A stretch of 64,000 nt of DNA from Yuukianura sp. NJ FZ-2021 (lineage: Eukaryota): assembly GCA_046563655.1 (NCBI GenBank), contig CM102286.1, forward strand, positions 10,788,001-10,852,000, given 5' to 3'. The number at the start of each line of letters is the position of its first letter. Within the stretch, counting starts at the first letter, position 1. The notes under the pieces were generated by a model. That model did no database searches. It worked only from the letters and a program-made list of their open reading frames with translations, and was not told where the DNA came from. Shown piece after piece: positions 23,552 to 37,027 of the stretch. Position numbers and translations under genes: made by a program.

Positions 23552-25608
23552 ATGAGCGATATAGACGAAATCCGAAAACGGGGATCAGTGAATACCAAAG
23601 CCAAAAATAGAAAACCTACTGCTAACTCATCACCAGCTACAGGCTCTCATGGAAATGGAAATGGAACTCTGAACAAGTCGCAAAAGAAAGTCAAGAGGAG
23701 TAAGGAAAGCAGTGCTGGTGGTGGAATGAATAAACAATTGAAGAAGATATTTTTCCTTCTCATTGGATTGGGTTTCTTCGTAATTGTTTTCTGGAGTGTA
23801 ACCAGGGACAGACGTTCTGTTCCCCATCATAGTGTGAATTGGTGGGATGAAAACGTTTTCCTCAGATTCGGACTGCAGAAGAAGACATATGCTGTTATCA
23901 TCGATGCTGGATCGACTGGATCTCGAGTTCTTGCTTTTGAGTTCCATCAGGATCTTAGAGGTTGATTCGCCAATTTCATAGCATGAAACGTTTAATTGTT
24001 GATATTTTTGGTCTTCAGATAAAAACCTCAAACTGAAGGCTGAAGTGTTCGGAGAGGTCAAACCAGGTCTTTCAGCGTATGCGGATACACCAAGTGCCGC
24101 AGCGAAAAGTTTGGAACCACTCATTGAAACAGCTAAGAAATTTATTCCTCAAAGTGAATGGAGTTCAACGCCAATTACTTTGAAAGCCACAGCTGGACTG
24201 CGATTACTTTCTAAGGAAAAGGCAAATAATATATTGAAAGAGGTATGAATAGTAACATCGATCATCTAATCCAACACGAAATATTATTTTTGATTGTAAA
24301 GAAAGGAGACATTAATCCAGCAATTTATATTGTTTGAAGGTAACTGAATTAGTCGTGAAATCCGGATTTCATAATCCAGTGGGTGCCGTAGGAATTCTTG
24401 ATGCAGTAGACGAAGGCATATTCTCCTGGTTTACAGTGAACTTTTTACTAGGTCTGAATTCAAGGACATTTCAATTGAATATTATTAGATAAAAAACATT
24501 GTGTTTGTGTTATTAATAACTTCTTGTCCTTTGCTACGATTGAATTCATAGATAGGATTGGAGATTCTGTTGCAACAACCGTCGCTGCGTTGGATCTTGG
24601 AGGAGGCTCAACACAAATCACGCTAGCCACCAGCCCACATACGATTGATTTATACCCTAAAGAAAGTCTTGTGAATATCAGTTTGTTTCATCAGCCGGTC
24701 CCGATTTACACTCACAGGTACGATATTATTTTCTAACAAAAAATCTCGTCAAACCAAACCCGTCAAAATGACTGTCATTTTTCATAAAGCACATTAGTAT
24801 AACAAACAATAATTGTCATGTGATTTTTTAGTTATCTTGGTCTTGGACTGCAATCTGTTCGTAAAGCTGTGCTTGCCTTCAATCACAGCGATCCAGATTC
24901 GAAAGTATTGTCTAGTCCTTGCGTAAATCCGAAGGTGTCCAGGGAATGGACTCATGGTGGGATAACATACACCATCAAGTAAGAACAAATCTCTCTGACT
25001 TTTCGCTTCGCTTCTTATATCCAGTTACACACGATCTGACATTTTTACACACGATCTGACATCCTAGGGGTCTCCCAAATACCAAATTTCAAAAGGTCCA
25101 ATACGATGGATTTACGCGGAAGGAGCCTGTAGCAGATTGGGATGCATGCTACAAAATTATTGTCGATATCATCAAGGAAAAGAATCCACTCAAATCCAAA
25201 GACTTCAATCGCCAAGTCGTTGTATTCTCTTACTTTACAGAACGAGCAGCTGAAGCCGGTCTTGTAGGTAAGTCATGAATGAACTTCGTGATTTAAGTTG
25301 TTACTCAACTTCATAAGTTTTTGCAGATTCAATTATATATTTTTGATTTTTCATTTACACAAACAGATGCCATTGAGGGCGGGAAGCTGACGCTGAAACA
25401 TTATTTTGATGCTGGCAAACAAGCTTGTAACACTGTGAACGTCGACCTCCCTCTTTTATGTCTGGATCTTACATACATGGGAGCTTTACTTCACAATGGA
25501 TATGGATTGGCAAATCACACACCTATCTTAGCACTCAAAAAGGTTCATGGTCACGAGCTAAGTTGGGGCCTAGGAGCTGCGTATCATATCCTACAGAACG
25601 GTGCTTAG
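23552..25608 (+). CDS. Ectonucleoside triphosphate diphosphohydrolase 5/6 family (GDA1/CD39), type II membrane protein; about 7 exons
   Basis: N-terminal TM segment; apyrase regions IIDAGSTGSRV, LKATAGLRLL, DEGIFSWFTVNFLL, LDLGGGSTQI, SYLGLGL and ELSWGLGAA. Confidence 0.92.
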
Positions 25609-26126
25609 GATTACCTTTGCTCAACGATAACGTTCCCAGGAGACGAAGGAAACAATTATTCCAGTCAACATTTGTATTCCACTATGTTCCACTTTTGCTC
25701 CATAGTATTTCCTTACAGCAAATTCCAGAGGCTTTGCCCTCTCGACGCCAAAAGAAATATTTAGTCATTCTGGCCATTTTCTAGGTAAAACTGTAAATGT
25801 CCCGTACCTTTGCAATTAAAAGACTTCAATGCACCGAACTAATCTCGGCTTTCAAGCATTTTAATTAGTTCAGTCAGATTTTTAGCCCGATGCATCGGCC
25901 TAAAAATCTTGGCGTCCATTACTTCCATCGTGAGTCGCGATGGAAGAAATAGATACACCTTGTACAATTTTGAAAAAGAAGTGTTCAATGCCAAATCATC
26001 TTCCAAACCATATTTATTTCATCTGAAAGGCATCCCTCCTAAAAGAAAATTCTTAAAGACAAAATAGCAATACGGAAATGAAGACCACATCCCAAGATTC
26101 GGCGTATTAAAATGGATTAATCGTAC

Positions 26127-28086
26127 TTATTTGAAGACTTTTCCTTGATTGAACTTGCGTCCATCCTTGTCAGTTCCCACCCACGAGAAGTACTCCTGGA
26201 CAAGGCGCTTAGTCTCCGCATCATTCGGGTCCAATTTCTTCCAATCGTAGCTCTCGTAATCAATTTGCCAGTCAGGAGATTGCGGGAACGCCAGCTCATG
26301 GCCACGCCAAACCCAGACTCCGGAAATAGTGCTGTTGTTGTCTTCTCCAAAGAGGTTTACAGAGGCAAATGCGTTCTTCCTCATCTTATCCAGGCGCTGA
26401 TACATTCCTGCAGAGTTCAAAATGCCAAAATTGTAAATTGCTGAAATTAATTTGAACTAAGGAGAAAACTGTTTACCTGTAATAAGGTTGCAGCTCATGA
26501 ACACCTTAGACAATTCATTGCTGTATTTGTATTCGCCAAACCAAATAGAGTAGTTTTCCGGGTCGAACTTCTCCCAAAAGTATGGGATGGACTTATCTAC
26601 GTCATTGTTGGAGTAAAATCGCTTGAAATCATCCATGACAAAAGTTCTGGAAATGAAGTCATTGCATTACAAGACTTGTTGAATTTTACAATACATACAA
26701 ATTGCGAAGTATGTTGAAAAAGAATTTTAGATTCCAGAAATGTTGATTACCCCTTTGGAAGAGCATCCAACGGGTCCTTGGCTTTAGGTTCGGCTGCGAG
26801 TGCTGCCTCAGTTTCATCCATTTCTTCGGCTGGCTGCTCGGCGGTTTCTTTTGCTTTGGGAGCGGAAGCGGGAGCAGCTTTTGGTTTTTCCTCCTTCTTT
26901 TTCTCCGCTTTCTTCGACCCTTGCGCTGCACCACCTTAAGGTCAATCAGAACATGAGCATTGTATTGCAAACATAAAGCAAAGCAGAATTGTTAAATACC
27001 GGTAATCTCTTTGAGCTTGGCTCCGTCAAATTTGACTGGAGTAACGCAGTACGAGAATTCAAATTTGGCCTTAGTCAAAACTTCCTGCACCTTGGTTTGG
27101 TTTAGAATTGTATCAAACCAACGTGACACATTGACAAAAATCTTCCTGCTGTCAGCATCCAACAAATTTTTGAAGGTTTCGAACAGAGTGGAGAACACCG
27201 CGATATCTGCTAGAGTAATTGACTCGCCGACCAGGTAAGTGTGAACCAACAGATGATTATCCAAAATATGCAGTAAGCGTTCGACTTCGGTTTTAGCCTT
27301 CGCAACTTGCTGTAATTAAAACATATACAGGTTATTATTACTTCAATTTTGCTTTTGCCGTTTCCGTTCAAATTCGCAACCTACTTACATCCTTATTGAA
27401 TTGCATTATGGAGAGCGATGGGAAGAGCCAACCAAAAACTGCGGGGACTAACTCAGTCTGTGCGAAAGACAACCACTGTACTACTTGTGATCGTGCAAAC
27501 GTGTCGTTTCCACCTTGAAGTGCCTCGTTAGAAACGAAGTACGCGATGGCTTCGCTTTGTGTCAAACATTTCCCGTCTTTGGTCTCGTACGCTGGTACCT
27601 GTCGAATACAAGAAACGGCACGTTTAGTAAACTTGTTTGATCTTCAAGCGTCAAAGAACGAAAGGAAACATGGATCTTACTCTCCCCGATGGAAATTTCT
27701 TGAGAAACGCATCGGAGTTGTTAGTGTCACCGAAAACGAAACTGGGATCAACTTCTACCTTCGTGCCACCGTAGTTTGCAGCGATGAGAACATTGAGGGC
27801 TCGGAAGTTCCCGTCATATGTATACAGAGTCTGAAAAAAGGTAAGAGGTTAGAGATTTCTTAAATGTTTTCTATAACTATAATAGATTTTTCGGTACTAT
27901 TTGGTAGCTATTCCAAATTATTGTAAAATAGTAAAAGAAACGTTGAGCCATCCATCATAATTGTAGAGTCAAAACCCTAAATCTCCATCACGAATCTGGA
28001 CACACGATCTGATCTAACTACTACTTAGTAACATCTACATAACTAAGCAAATTAGTAAATTATTTACTCACGCCGTGTTTCTCCAT
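26127..28086 (-). CDS. EEF1G: Translation elongation factor 1-gamma (GST-like N-domain + EF1G C-domain), multi-exon
   Basis: [16 protein letters not shown]...[14 protein letters not shown]...; [64 protein letters not shown]; ends KFNQGKVFK. Confidence 0.95.
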
Positions 28087-28178
28087 TATGTCTGCGGTGT
28101 AGTGGACTGAACGATTAATGTCCCCGATGAAATTGACAAATCACGAAAGCACGTTACCTCACCAGTTGAAGTACCGAT

Positions 28179-28188
28179 GAAAAGAGAC
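28179..28188 (-). promoter_or_regulatory. Putative TCT / 5'-TOP polypyrimidine start site of EF1-gamma
   Basis: Minus strand reads TCTCTTTTC followed by a short non-coding exon ending GAG|GTAACG, typical of translation-factor genes. Confidence 0.55.
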
Positions 28189-29499
28189 AGGGTCGACACA
28201 ACAGACAGATGGGCTGCTTTGATGGAAAGAGAGATGAACATGCACACCACCAGAGAGACGACATAGCGGCCGGCCGGCAGTAAGGGTTAAAATACGGCTT
28301 ACGAATAACTATTGTAACCACACATTATATTCCTTGCTGTAGCCACTCCGCTGATGCAATGTACGACTTCGTCAGCGTATGCGGTAAATTATTTTATACC
28401 TGATAGTGTATGTGACGACAGTAGTATGGCGTGCGTTATCAAAACAGCTTGTCCTAGAAAAACCGCATACCCCAAAACACAGCCCGAACAACAACGTGTG
28501 TTAATCCTTATGTGTATGGTCGTGGTGTTGGGTGCCGTGTGGCAGTGGGTTTAGCGGTGCCGGCTATTGAATGAGTGTGGAGGCACACGCACAGGCGCAA
28601 GTTGCGCCGTGCAACTCGTTTTCTTCTTCACAGTTTTTAGGAAGCTGCACAGAAAAACCTGGGATGGGCTATTACACTGATTCGGCGATCTCGTCGAATT
28701 CAAGCTTTGAATTGAACGGGATGAGGATCTTTCGACTTGCCTTGCGACTTGTGTGCCACAGAACCATATACCTTTATATAAGAACCTAAGATCGCAGCAC
28801 ACACAAATTCCGATTCGGCGATAAAGCTCACGATGAATTGCACCCATAAATTTTTGCCTCCTGGGCGGCGTTGAAGATTGAAATTTTGAATACAAAACAT
28901 CTGCAGTTATTGGTGTTGATAGCCTTATATATTTTGCGGATATGCTTTTTAAATTAGCGTTGTGCCAGCGCATAAGCCAAAAGGCTGCTATGCACAGGTC
29001 GTAATATGGTCAAAATATTGGTTAGATTATCGTTTCTGGGGTAGTTCAAATTTTTTTCCAAGTTTTTTGGTCAAAATTTTCGAAAAAAATTTTTTTTTTC
29101 GTTTTTTTCACTTTTTATCACTTCTCAAACGTTTTTGGAACGTTTGGAGCAAAAAAAATTTTTTGACCCCAAGGGTCCCCCCTTCCCATTTTTTTGAGAA
29201 TCGGGACTCGAAAATTTTCTAAGTACAAAAACTGAAGTGGTCACCCCTGACAACCTCAAAAACGACCCCTACGAAAGTTGTTCAGAATCATGAGGGGAGT
29301 ATTTTTTGTCCTATAGACTATGACCCTACGACCACTCCCTGAGGTCAGAGGTCATCCGAAACATTTCCACAAATTTATTTTGGGTTGACCTGAGTCAAAA
29401 AGTGAATTGATCGGAAGTAAAATGTAACAGGAAATGGTCGGACAATTGGGAAAAGGAAAATTGATGTCGAAAACCGAAAAATTGAGTATAAATAAAAAA

Positions 29500-32400
29500 T
29501 AAGACCACTTCTATTTGTCAACTTGAGTGCAACGGAAAAACGTTGCAAAAAATTTGAGGCTATAGGAATATATGAGCCGGTCAACACCGGTACTCACAAA
29601 AATTCAAAATTGAAAAATTCACAATGCGCAAACGAGGCCGTCGTTTCCTCCTAACTCCCTCGGCTTTTACAGTGAAAATACACGAGGTATGGCAATTTTT
29701 GGTTAGGGCCATAATTAGTAATATAAGACCTTATCTATTTGTCAACTTGAGTGCAACGGAAAAACGTTGCAAAAAATTTGAGGCTGTAGGAATATATGAG
29801 CCGGTCAACACCGGTACTCACAAAAATTCAAAATTGAAAAATTCGCAATGCGCAAACGAGGCCGTCGTTTCCTCCTAACTCCCTCGGCTTTTACAGCGAA
29901 AATACACGAGATATGGCAATTTTTGGTTAGTGCCATAATGAGTAATATAAGACCCTTTCTATTTGTCAACTTGAGTGCAACCGAAAAACGTTGCAAAAAA
30001 TTTGAGGCTATAGGAATATATGAGCCGGTCAACACCGGTACTCACAAAAATTCAAAATTGAAAAATTCACAATGCGCAAACGAGGCCGTCGTTTCCTCCT
30101 AACTCCCTCGGCTTTTACAGCGAAAATACACGAGATATGGCAATTTTTGGTTAGTGCCATAATGAGTAATATAAGACCCTTTCTATTTGTCAACTTGAGT
30201 GCAACGGAAAAACGTTGCAAAAAATTTGAGGCTATAGGAATGTATGAGCCGGTCAACACCGGTACTCACAAAAATTCAAAATTGAAAAATTCGCAATGCG
30301 CAAACGAGGCCGTCGTTTCCTCCTAACTCCCTCGGCTTTTACAGCGAAAATACACGAGATATGGCAATTTTTGGTTAGTGCCATAATGAGTAATATAAGA
30401 CCCTTTCTATTTGTCAACTTGAGTGCAACGGAAAAACGTTGCAAAAAATTTGAGGCTATAGGAATATATGAGCCGGTCAACACCGGTACTCACAAAAATT
30501 CAAAATTGAAAAATTCACAATGCGCAAACGAGGCCGTCGTTTCCTCCTAACTCCCTCGGCTTTTACAGCGAAAATACACGAGGTATGGCAATTTTTGGTT
30601 AGGGCCATAATTAGTAATACAAGACCTTATCTATTTGACAACTTGAGTGCAACAGAAAAACGTTGCAAAAAATTTGAGGCTGTAGGAATATATGAGCCGG
30701 TCAACACCGGTACTCACAAAAATTCAAAATTGAAAAATTCGCAATGCGCAAACGAGGCCGTCGTTTCCTCCTAACTCCCTCGGCTTTTACAGCGAAAATA
30801 CACGAGATATGGCAATTTTTGGTTAGTGCCATAATGAGTAATATAAGACCCTTTCTATTTGTCAAATTGAGTGCAACGGAAAAACGTTGCAAAAAATTTG
30901 AGGCTATAGGAATATATGAGCCGGTCAACACCGGTACTCACAAAAATTCAAAATTGAAAAATTCACAATGCGCAAACGAGGCCGTCGTTTCCTCCTAACT
31001 CCCTCGGCTTTTACAGCGAAAATACACGAGATATGGCAATTTTTGGTTAGTGCCATAATGAGTAATATAAGACCCTTTCTATTTGTCAACTTGAGTGCAA
31101 CGGAAAAACGTTGCAAAAAATTTGAGGCTATAGGAATATATGAGCCGGTCAACACCGGTACTCACAAAAATTCAAAATTGAAAAATTCACAATGCGCAAA
31201 CGAGGCCGTCGTTTCGTCCTAACTCCCTCGGCTTTTACAGCGAAAATACACGAGATATGGCGATTTTTGGTTAGTGCCATAATGAGTAATATAAGACCCT
31301 TTCTATTTGTCAACTTGAGTGCAATGGAAAAACGTTGCAAAAAATTTGAGGCTATAGGAATATATGAGCCGGTCAACGCCGGTACTCACAAAAATTCAAA
31401 ATTGAAAAATTCACAATGCGCAAACGAGGCCGTCGTTTCCTCCTAACTCCCTCGGCTTTTACAGCGAAAATACACGAGATATGGCAATTTTTGGTTAGGG
31501 CCATAATTAGTAATACAAGACCTTATCTATTTGTCAACTTGAGTGCAACGGAAAAACGTTGCAAAAAATTTGAGGCTGTAGGAATATATGAGCCGGTCAA
31601 CACCGGTACTCACAAAAATTCAAAATTGAAAAATTCGCAATGCGCAAACGAGGCCGTCGTTTCCTCCTAACTCCCTCGGCTTTTACAGCGAAAATACACG
31701 AGATATGGCAATTTTTGGTTAGTGCCATAATGAGTAATATAAGACCCTTTCTATTTGTCAACTTGAGTGCAACGGAAAAACGTTGCAAAAAATTTGAGGC
31801 TATAGGAATGTATGAGCCGGTCAACACCGGTACTCACAAAAATTCAAAATTGAAAAATTCGCAATGCGCAAACGAGGCCGTCGTTTCCTCCTAACTCCCT
31901 CGGCTTTTACAGCGAAAATACACGAGATATGGCAATTTTTGGTTAGTGCCATAATGAGTAATATAAGACCCTTTCTATTTGTCAACTTGAGTGCAACGGA
32001 AAAACGTTGCAAAAAATTTGAGGCTATAGGAATGTATGAGCCGGTCAACACCGGTACTCACAAAAATTCAAAATTGAAAAATTCGCAATGCGCAAACGAG
32101 GCCGTCGTTTCCTCCTAACTCCCTCGGCTTTTACAGCGAAAATACACGAGATATGGCAATTTTTGGTTAGTGCCATAATGAGTAATATAAGACCCTTTCT
32201 ATTTGTCAACATGAGTGCAACGGAAAAACGTTGCAAAAAATTTGAGGCTATAGGAATATATGAGCCGGTCAACACCGGTACTCACAAAAATTCAAAATTG
32301 AAAAATTCACAATGCGCAAACGAGGCCGTCGTTTCCTCCTAACTCCCTCGGCTTTTACAGCGAAAATACACGAGATATGGCGATTTTTGGTTAGTGCCAT

Positions 32401-35400
32401 AATGAGTAATATAAGACCCTTTCTATTTGTCAACTTGAGTGCAACGGAAAAACGTTGCAAAAAATTTGAGGCTATAGGAATATATGAGCCGGTCAACACC
32501 GGTACTCACAAAAATTCAAAATTGAAAAATTCACAATGCGCAAACTAGGCCGTCGTTTCCTCCTAACTCCCTCGGCTTTTACAGCGAAAATACACGAGAT
32601 ATGGCGATTTTTGGTTAGTGCCATAATGAGTAATATAAGACCCTTTCTATTTGTCAACTTGAGTGCAACGGAAAAACGTTGCAAAAAATTTGAGGCTATA
32701 GGAATATATGAGCCGGTCAACACCGGTACTCACAAAAATTCAAAATTGAAAAATTCACAATGCGCAAACTAGGCCGTCGTTTCCTCCTAACTCCCTCGGC
32801 TTTTACAGCGAAAATACACGAGATATGGCAATTTTTGGTTAGTGCCATAATGAGTAATATAAGACCCTTTCTATTTGTCAACTTGAGTGCAACGGAAAAA
32901 CGTTGCAAAAAATTTGAGGCTATAGGAATATATGAGCCGGTCAACGCCGGTACTCACAAAAATTCAAAATTGAAAAATTCACAATGCGCAAACGAGGCCG
33001 TCGTTTCCTCCTAACTCCCTCGGCTTTTACAGCGAAAATACACGAGGTATGGCAATTTCTGGTTAGGGCCATAATTAGTAATACAAGACCTTATCTATTT
33101 GTCAACTTGAGTGCAACGGAAAAACGTTGCAAAAAATTTGAGGCTGTAGGAATATATGAGCCGGTCAACACCGGTACTCACAAAAATTCAAAATTGAAAA
33201 ATTCGCAATGCGCAAACGAGGCCGTCGTTTCCTCCTAACTCCCTCGGCTTTTACAGCGAAAATACACGAGATATGGCAATTTTTGGTTAGTGCCATAATG
33301 AGTAATATAAGACCCTTTCTATTTGTCAACTTGAGTGCAACGGAAAAACGTTGCAAAAAATTTGAGGCTATAGGAATATATGAGCCGGTCAACACCGGTA
33401 CTCACAAAAATTCAAAATTGAAAAATTCACAATGCGCAAACGAGGCCGTCGTTTCCTCCTAACTCCCTCGGCTTTTACAGCGAAAATACACGAGATATGG
33501 CGATTTTTGGTTAGTGCCATAATGAGTAATATAAGACCCTTTCTATTTGTCAACTTGAGTGCAACGGAAAAACGTTGCAAAAAATTTGAGGCTATAGGAA
33601 TATATGAGCCGGTCAACACCGGTACTCACAAAAATTCAAAATTGAAAAATTCACAATGCGCAAACTAGGCCGTCGTTTCCTCCTAACTCCCTCGGCTTTT
33701 ACAGCGAAAATACACGAGATATGGCGATTTTTGGTTAGTGCCATAATGAGTAATATAAGACCCTTTCTATTTGTCAACTTGAGTGCAACGGAAAAACGTT
33801 GCAAAAAATTTGAGGCTATAGGAATATATGAGCCGGTCAACGCCGGTACTCACAAAAATTCAAAATTGAAAAATTCACAATGCGCAAACGAGGCCGTCGT
33901 TTCCTCCTAACTCCCTCGGCTTTTACAGCGAAAATACACGAGGTATGGCAATTTCTGGTTAGGGCCATAATTAGTAATACAAGACCTTATCTATTTGTCA
34001 ACTTGAGTGCAACGGAAAAACGTTGCAAAAAATTTGAGGCTGTAGGAATATATGAGCCGGTCAACACCGGTACTCACAAAAATTCAAAATTGAAAAATTC
34101 GCAATGCGCAAACGAGGCCGTCGTTTCCTCCTAACTCCCTCGGCTTTTACAGCGAAAATACACGAGATATGGCAATTTTTGGTTAGTGCCATAATGAGTA
34201 ATATAAGACCCTTTCTATTTGTCAACTTGAGTGCAACGGAAAAACGTTGCAAAAAATTTGAGGCTATAGGAATATATGAGCCGGTCAACACCGGTACTCA
34301 CAAAAATTCAAAATTGAAAAATTCACAATGCGCAAACGAGGCCGTCGTTTCCTCCTAACTCCCTCGGCTTTTACAGCGAAAATACACGAGATATGGCGAT
34401 TTTTGGTTAGTGCCATAATGAGTAATATAAGACCCTTTCTATTTGTCAACTTGAGTGCAACGGAAAAACGTTGCAAAAAATTTGAGGCTATAGGAATATA
34501 TGAGCCGGTCAACACCGGTACTCACAAAAATTCAAAATTGAAAAATTCACAATGCGCAAACTAGGCCGTCGTTTCCTCCTAACTCCCTCGGCTTTTACAG
34601 CGAAAATACACGAGATATGGCGATTTTTGGTTAGTGCCATAATGAGTAATATAAGACCCTTTCTATTTGTCAACTTGAGTGCAACGGAAAAACGTTGCAA
34701 AAAATTTGAGGCTATAGGAATATATGAGCCGGTCAACGCCGGTACTCACAAAAATTCAAAATTGAAAAATTCACAATGCGCAAACGAGGCCGCCGTTTCC
34801 TCCTAACTCCCTCGGCTTTTACAGCGAAAATACACGAGGTATGGCAATTTCTGGTTAGGGCCATAATTAGTAATATAAGACCTTATCTATTTGTCAACTT
34901 GAGTGCAACGGAAAAACGTTGCAAAAAATTTGAGGCTGTAGGAATATATGAGCCGGTCAACACCGGTACTCACAAAAATTCAAAATTGAAAAATTCGCAA
35001 TGCGCAAACGAGGCCGTCGTTTCCTCCTAACTCCCTCGGCTTTTACAGCGAAAATACACGAGATATGGCAATTTTTGGTTAGTGCCATAATGAGTAATAT
35101 AAGACCCTTTCTATTTGTCAACTTGAGTGCAACCGAAAAACGTTGCAAAAAATTTGAGGCTATAGGAATATATGAGCCGGTCAACACCGGTACTCACAAA
35201 AATTCAAAATTGAAAAATTCACAATGCGCAAACGAGGCCGTCGTTTCCTCCTAACTCCCTCGGCTTTTACAGCGAAAATACACGAGATATGGCAATTTTT
35301 GGTTAGTGCCATAATGAGTAATATAAGACCCTTTCTATTTGTCAACTTGAGTGCAACGGAAAAACGTTGCAAAAAATTTGAGGCTATAGGAATATATGAG

Positions 35401-35420
35401 CCGGTCAACAGCGGTACTCT
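29500..35420. repeat. 224-bp satellite array, about 26 copies, with higher-order repeat structure
   Basis: CCGGTACTCACAAAAATTCAAAATTG recurs exactly every 224 bp; units differ only by substitutions. Confidence 0.98.
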
Positions 35421-35705
35421 GTAATTGAAATTGTTTCCGAGGAAACGGATTGAAAACTTGTAAACAATGCGGGCAGATTTGTGGCATAAGTGCTACTCAA
35501 AATCTAAGTCCAAGAAATGTGTGGAAAAATTTCAGAAACTTAAAAATAACGAGCCTTATTTCCCTCCATGTTTTGAAAAATAAACAAATTCTGTAAATCG
35601 GGGTGTCTACTTTTAAAAGAAACTCACTGTATATCTTTAATTTTTTTTTTTATAAGCGAATGCTCAGCGTGAGTCAGTCACCTAAAATATAGGTGACTGC
35701 TCCCC

Positions 35706-35732
35706 CCTAACCTAAACCTAACCTAACCTAAC

Positions 35733-35761
<29 letters not shown>
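35706..35761. repeat. Short (CCTAA)n run followed by (TA)n microsatellite
   Basis: CCTAACCTAAACCTAACCTAACCTAACCT then about 14 TA units; preceded by hairpin CAGTCACCTA/TAGGTGACTG. Confidence 0.8.
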
Positions 35762-35764
<3 letters not shown>

Positions 35765-35976
35765 TGAGGGGCACGAAAACCTGCACACCCGAAATTTGTT
35801 TCCATGGTAACATCTAAAACTGTGGAGGCGAAAACATAACTTTTTCGTTGAAAACTTTAAATTTGATGCAAATCTCTCATTTTGAGTTTTTTTCGTGAAA
35901 CGATTTTCCCCCCACAATTTAGCAAAATAAACAAAAAGCTACTTTTGAGGTGTGCAGGTTTTCGTGCCTCTCACTG
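35762..35976. mobile_element. Tc1/mariner-type MITE
   Basis: TIR CAGTGAGGGGCACGAAAACCTGCACACC / GGTGTGCAGGTTTTCGTGCCTCTCACTG; TA on both sides. Confidence 0.88.
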
Positions 35977-37027
35977 TATATATCTTTAATTTAACTCAAT
36001 AAATAAGGCAATTCCTGAAGGAGGTTATAAACCTTTTTTTTTGGTTGTTTGGTAAATATGCGAAGGTTTGCTTCGATTAGGTATTACGCACTTTATATAA
36101 ATATAATGCTTCATGTGAATTTACTCCTTACGTATTTCTGGTTTAACTTATTTGAACTTGTACAACTAATTCCATTTTATCTATTTTTTCTAATCTACGG
36201 GTATGGGCGCGTCTCAGAATGTTGTATAACGTTTTTGCCGTTTAATTTAGAATCCGATAAGCATCAGTCAGTGGAAGTCGGCTAACACAATTTAACTGTG
36301 TCTACACAAACCTACCTTATGTACACATAGCATGAAAACAAGAAAAAGGTTATGTTGTAGGAATTATTTCGTAGTCATTTTACCAGAATTTATTTTAGAC
36401 AGTGCCGTGTGCTCTTATTCAAAACAACTCTCCCAGTACAATTTGCAAAATTTAGATGATGCAAGAAAATCGCAATTTTGAAGTGAATTCAAAAGAATTA
36501 TTCTAACTCCGATCCTTAAGTCGAATCATATAAAGAACAGCGTATACATATTTTATTGCCGTCCAGTCCTAGGCGTGGTTTTTGATGTAGAAAGTCAAAC
36601 GTTTTAGGTTAAGTCCGGACTTCATAAACATCACTGGGGCAAGATTTTGATTAACGTACATGTACATGTACATGTACTAGGTAACATGACAAGAAAATCT
36701 TTATCAGTGCTACGTATATCAAGATGAAGAAGGGTTGTTTGTCCCTACAGTAGTTACCAGAGTTCATCAACATGAGAATGTTCGCTTTCGCTGAAAATGC
36801 GAAAAGGCATATACCTGAATACGGCAGTTCACGCTGAAGTTTTACACCGTATACAATAACCGGCTGCAGCTTACAGCATTACAATTTCCAACCGAAACGT
36901 CTCTTTACAAGTTGCAAATTACAACTAACCATATAAAAAGGAAATTGATCCTTTGACTATTAGTTTAAATCACTGGCGAGAATTTTTTTGTACCTACTAT
37001 CTACATAGTGTCCCAATTAATATTGCA

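Noticed and set aside
27830..28070. snoRNA in an EF1-gamma intron
   Set aside because: C-box-like TGATG motifs are present, but no properly placed D box or terminal stem was found.
29500..35420. CRISPR-like array
   Set aside because: Whole units repeat with no unique spacers, there are no cas genes, and the context is eukaryotic.
29375..35424. About 50 near-identical 66-84 aa ORFs on both strands
   Set aside because: Artefacts of the 224-bp satellite: the period is not a multiple of 3, some copies have stops, and no domain is recognisable.
35706..35735. Telomere
   Set aside because: Only about 5 CCTAA units, internal and next to MITEs; it is an interstitial repeat.
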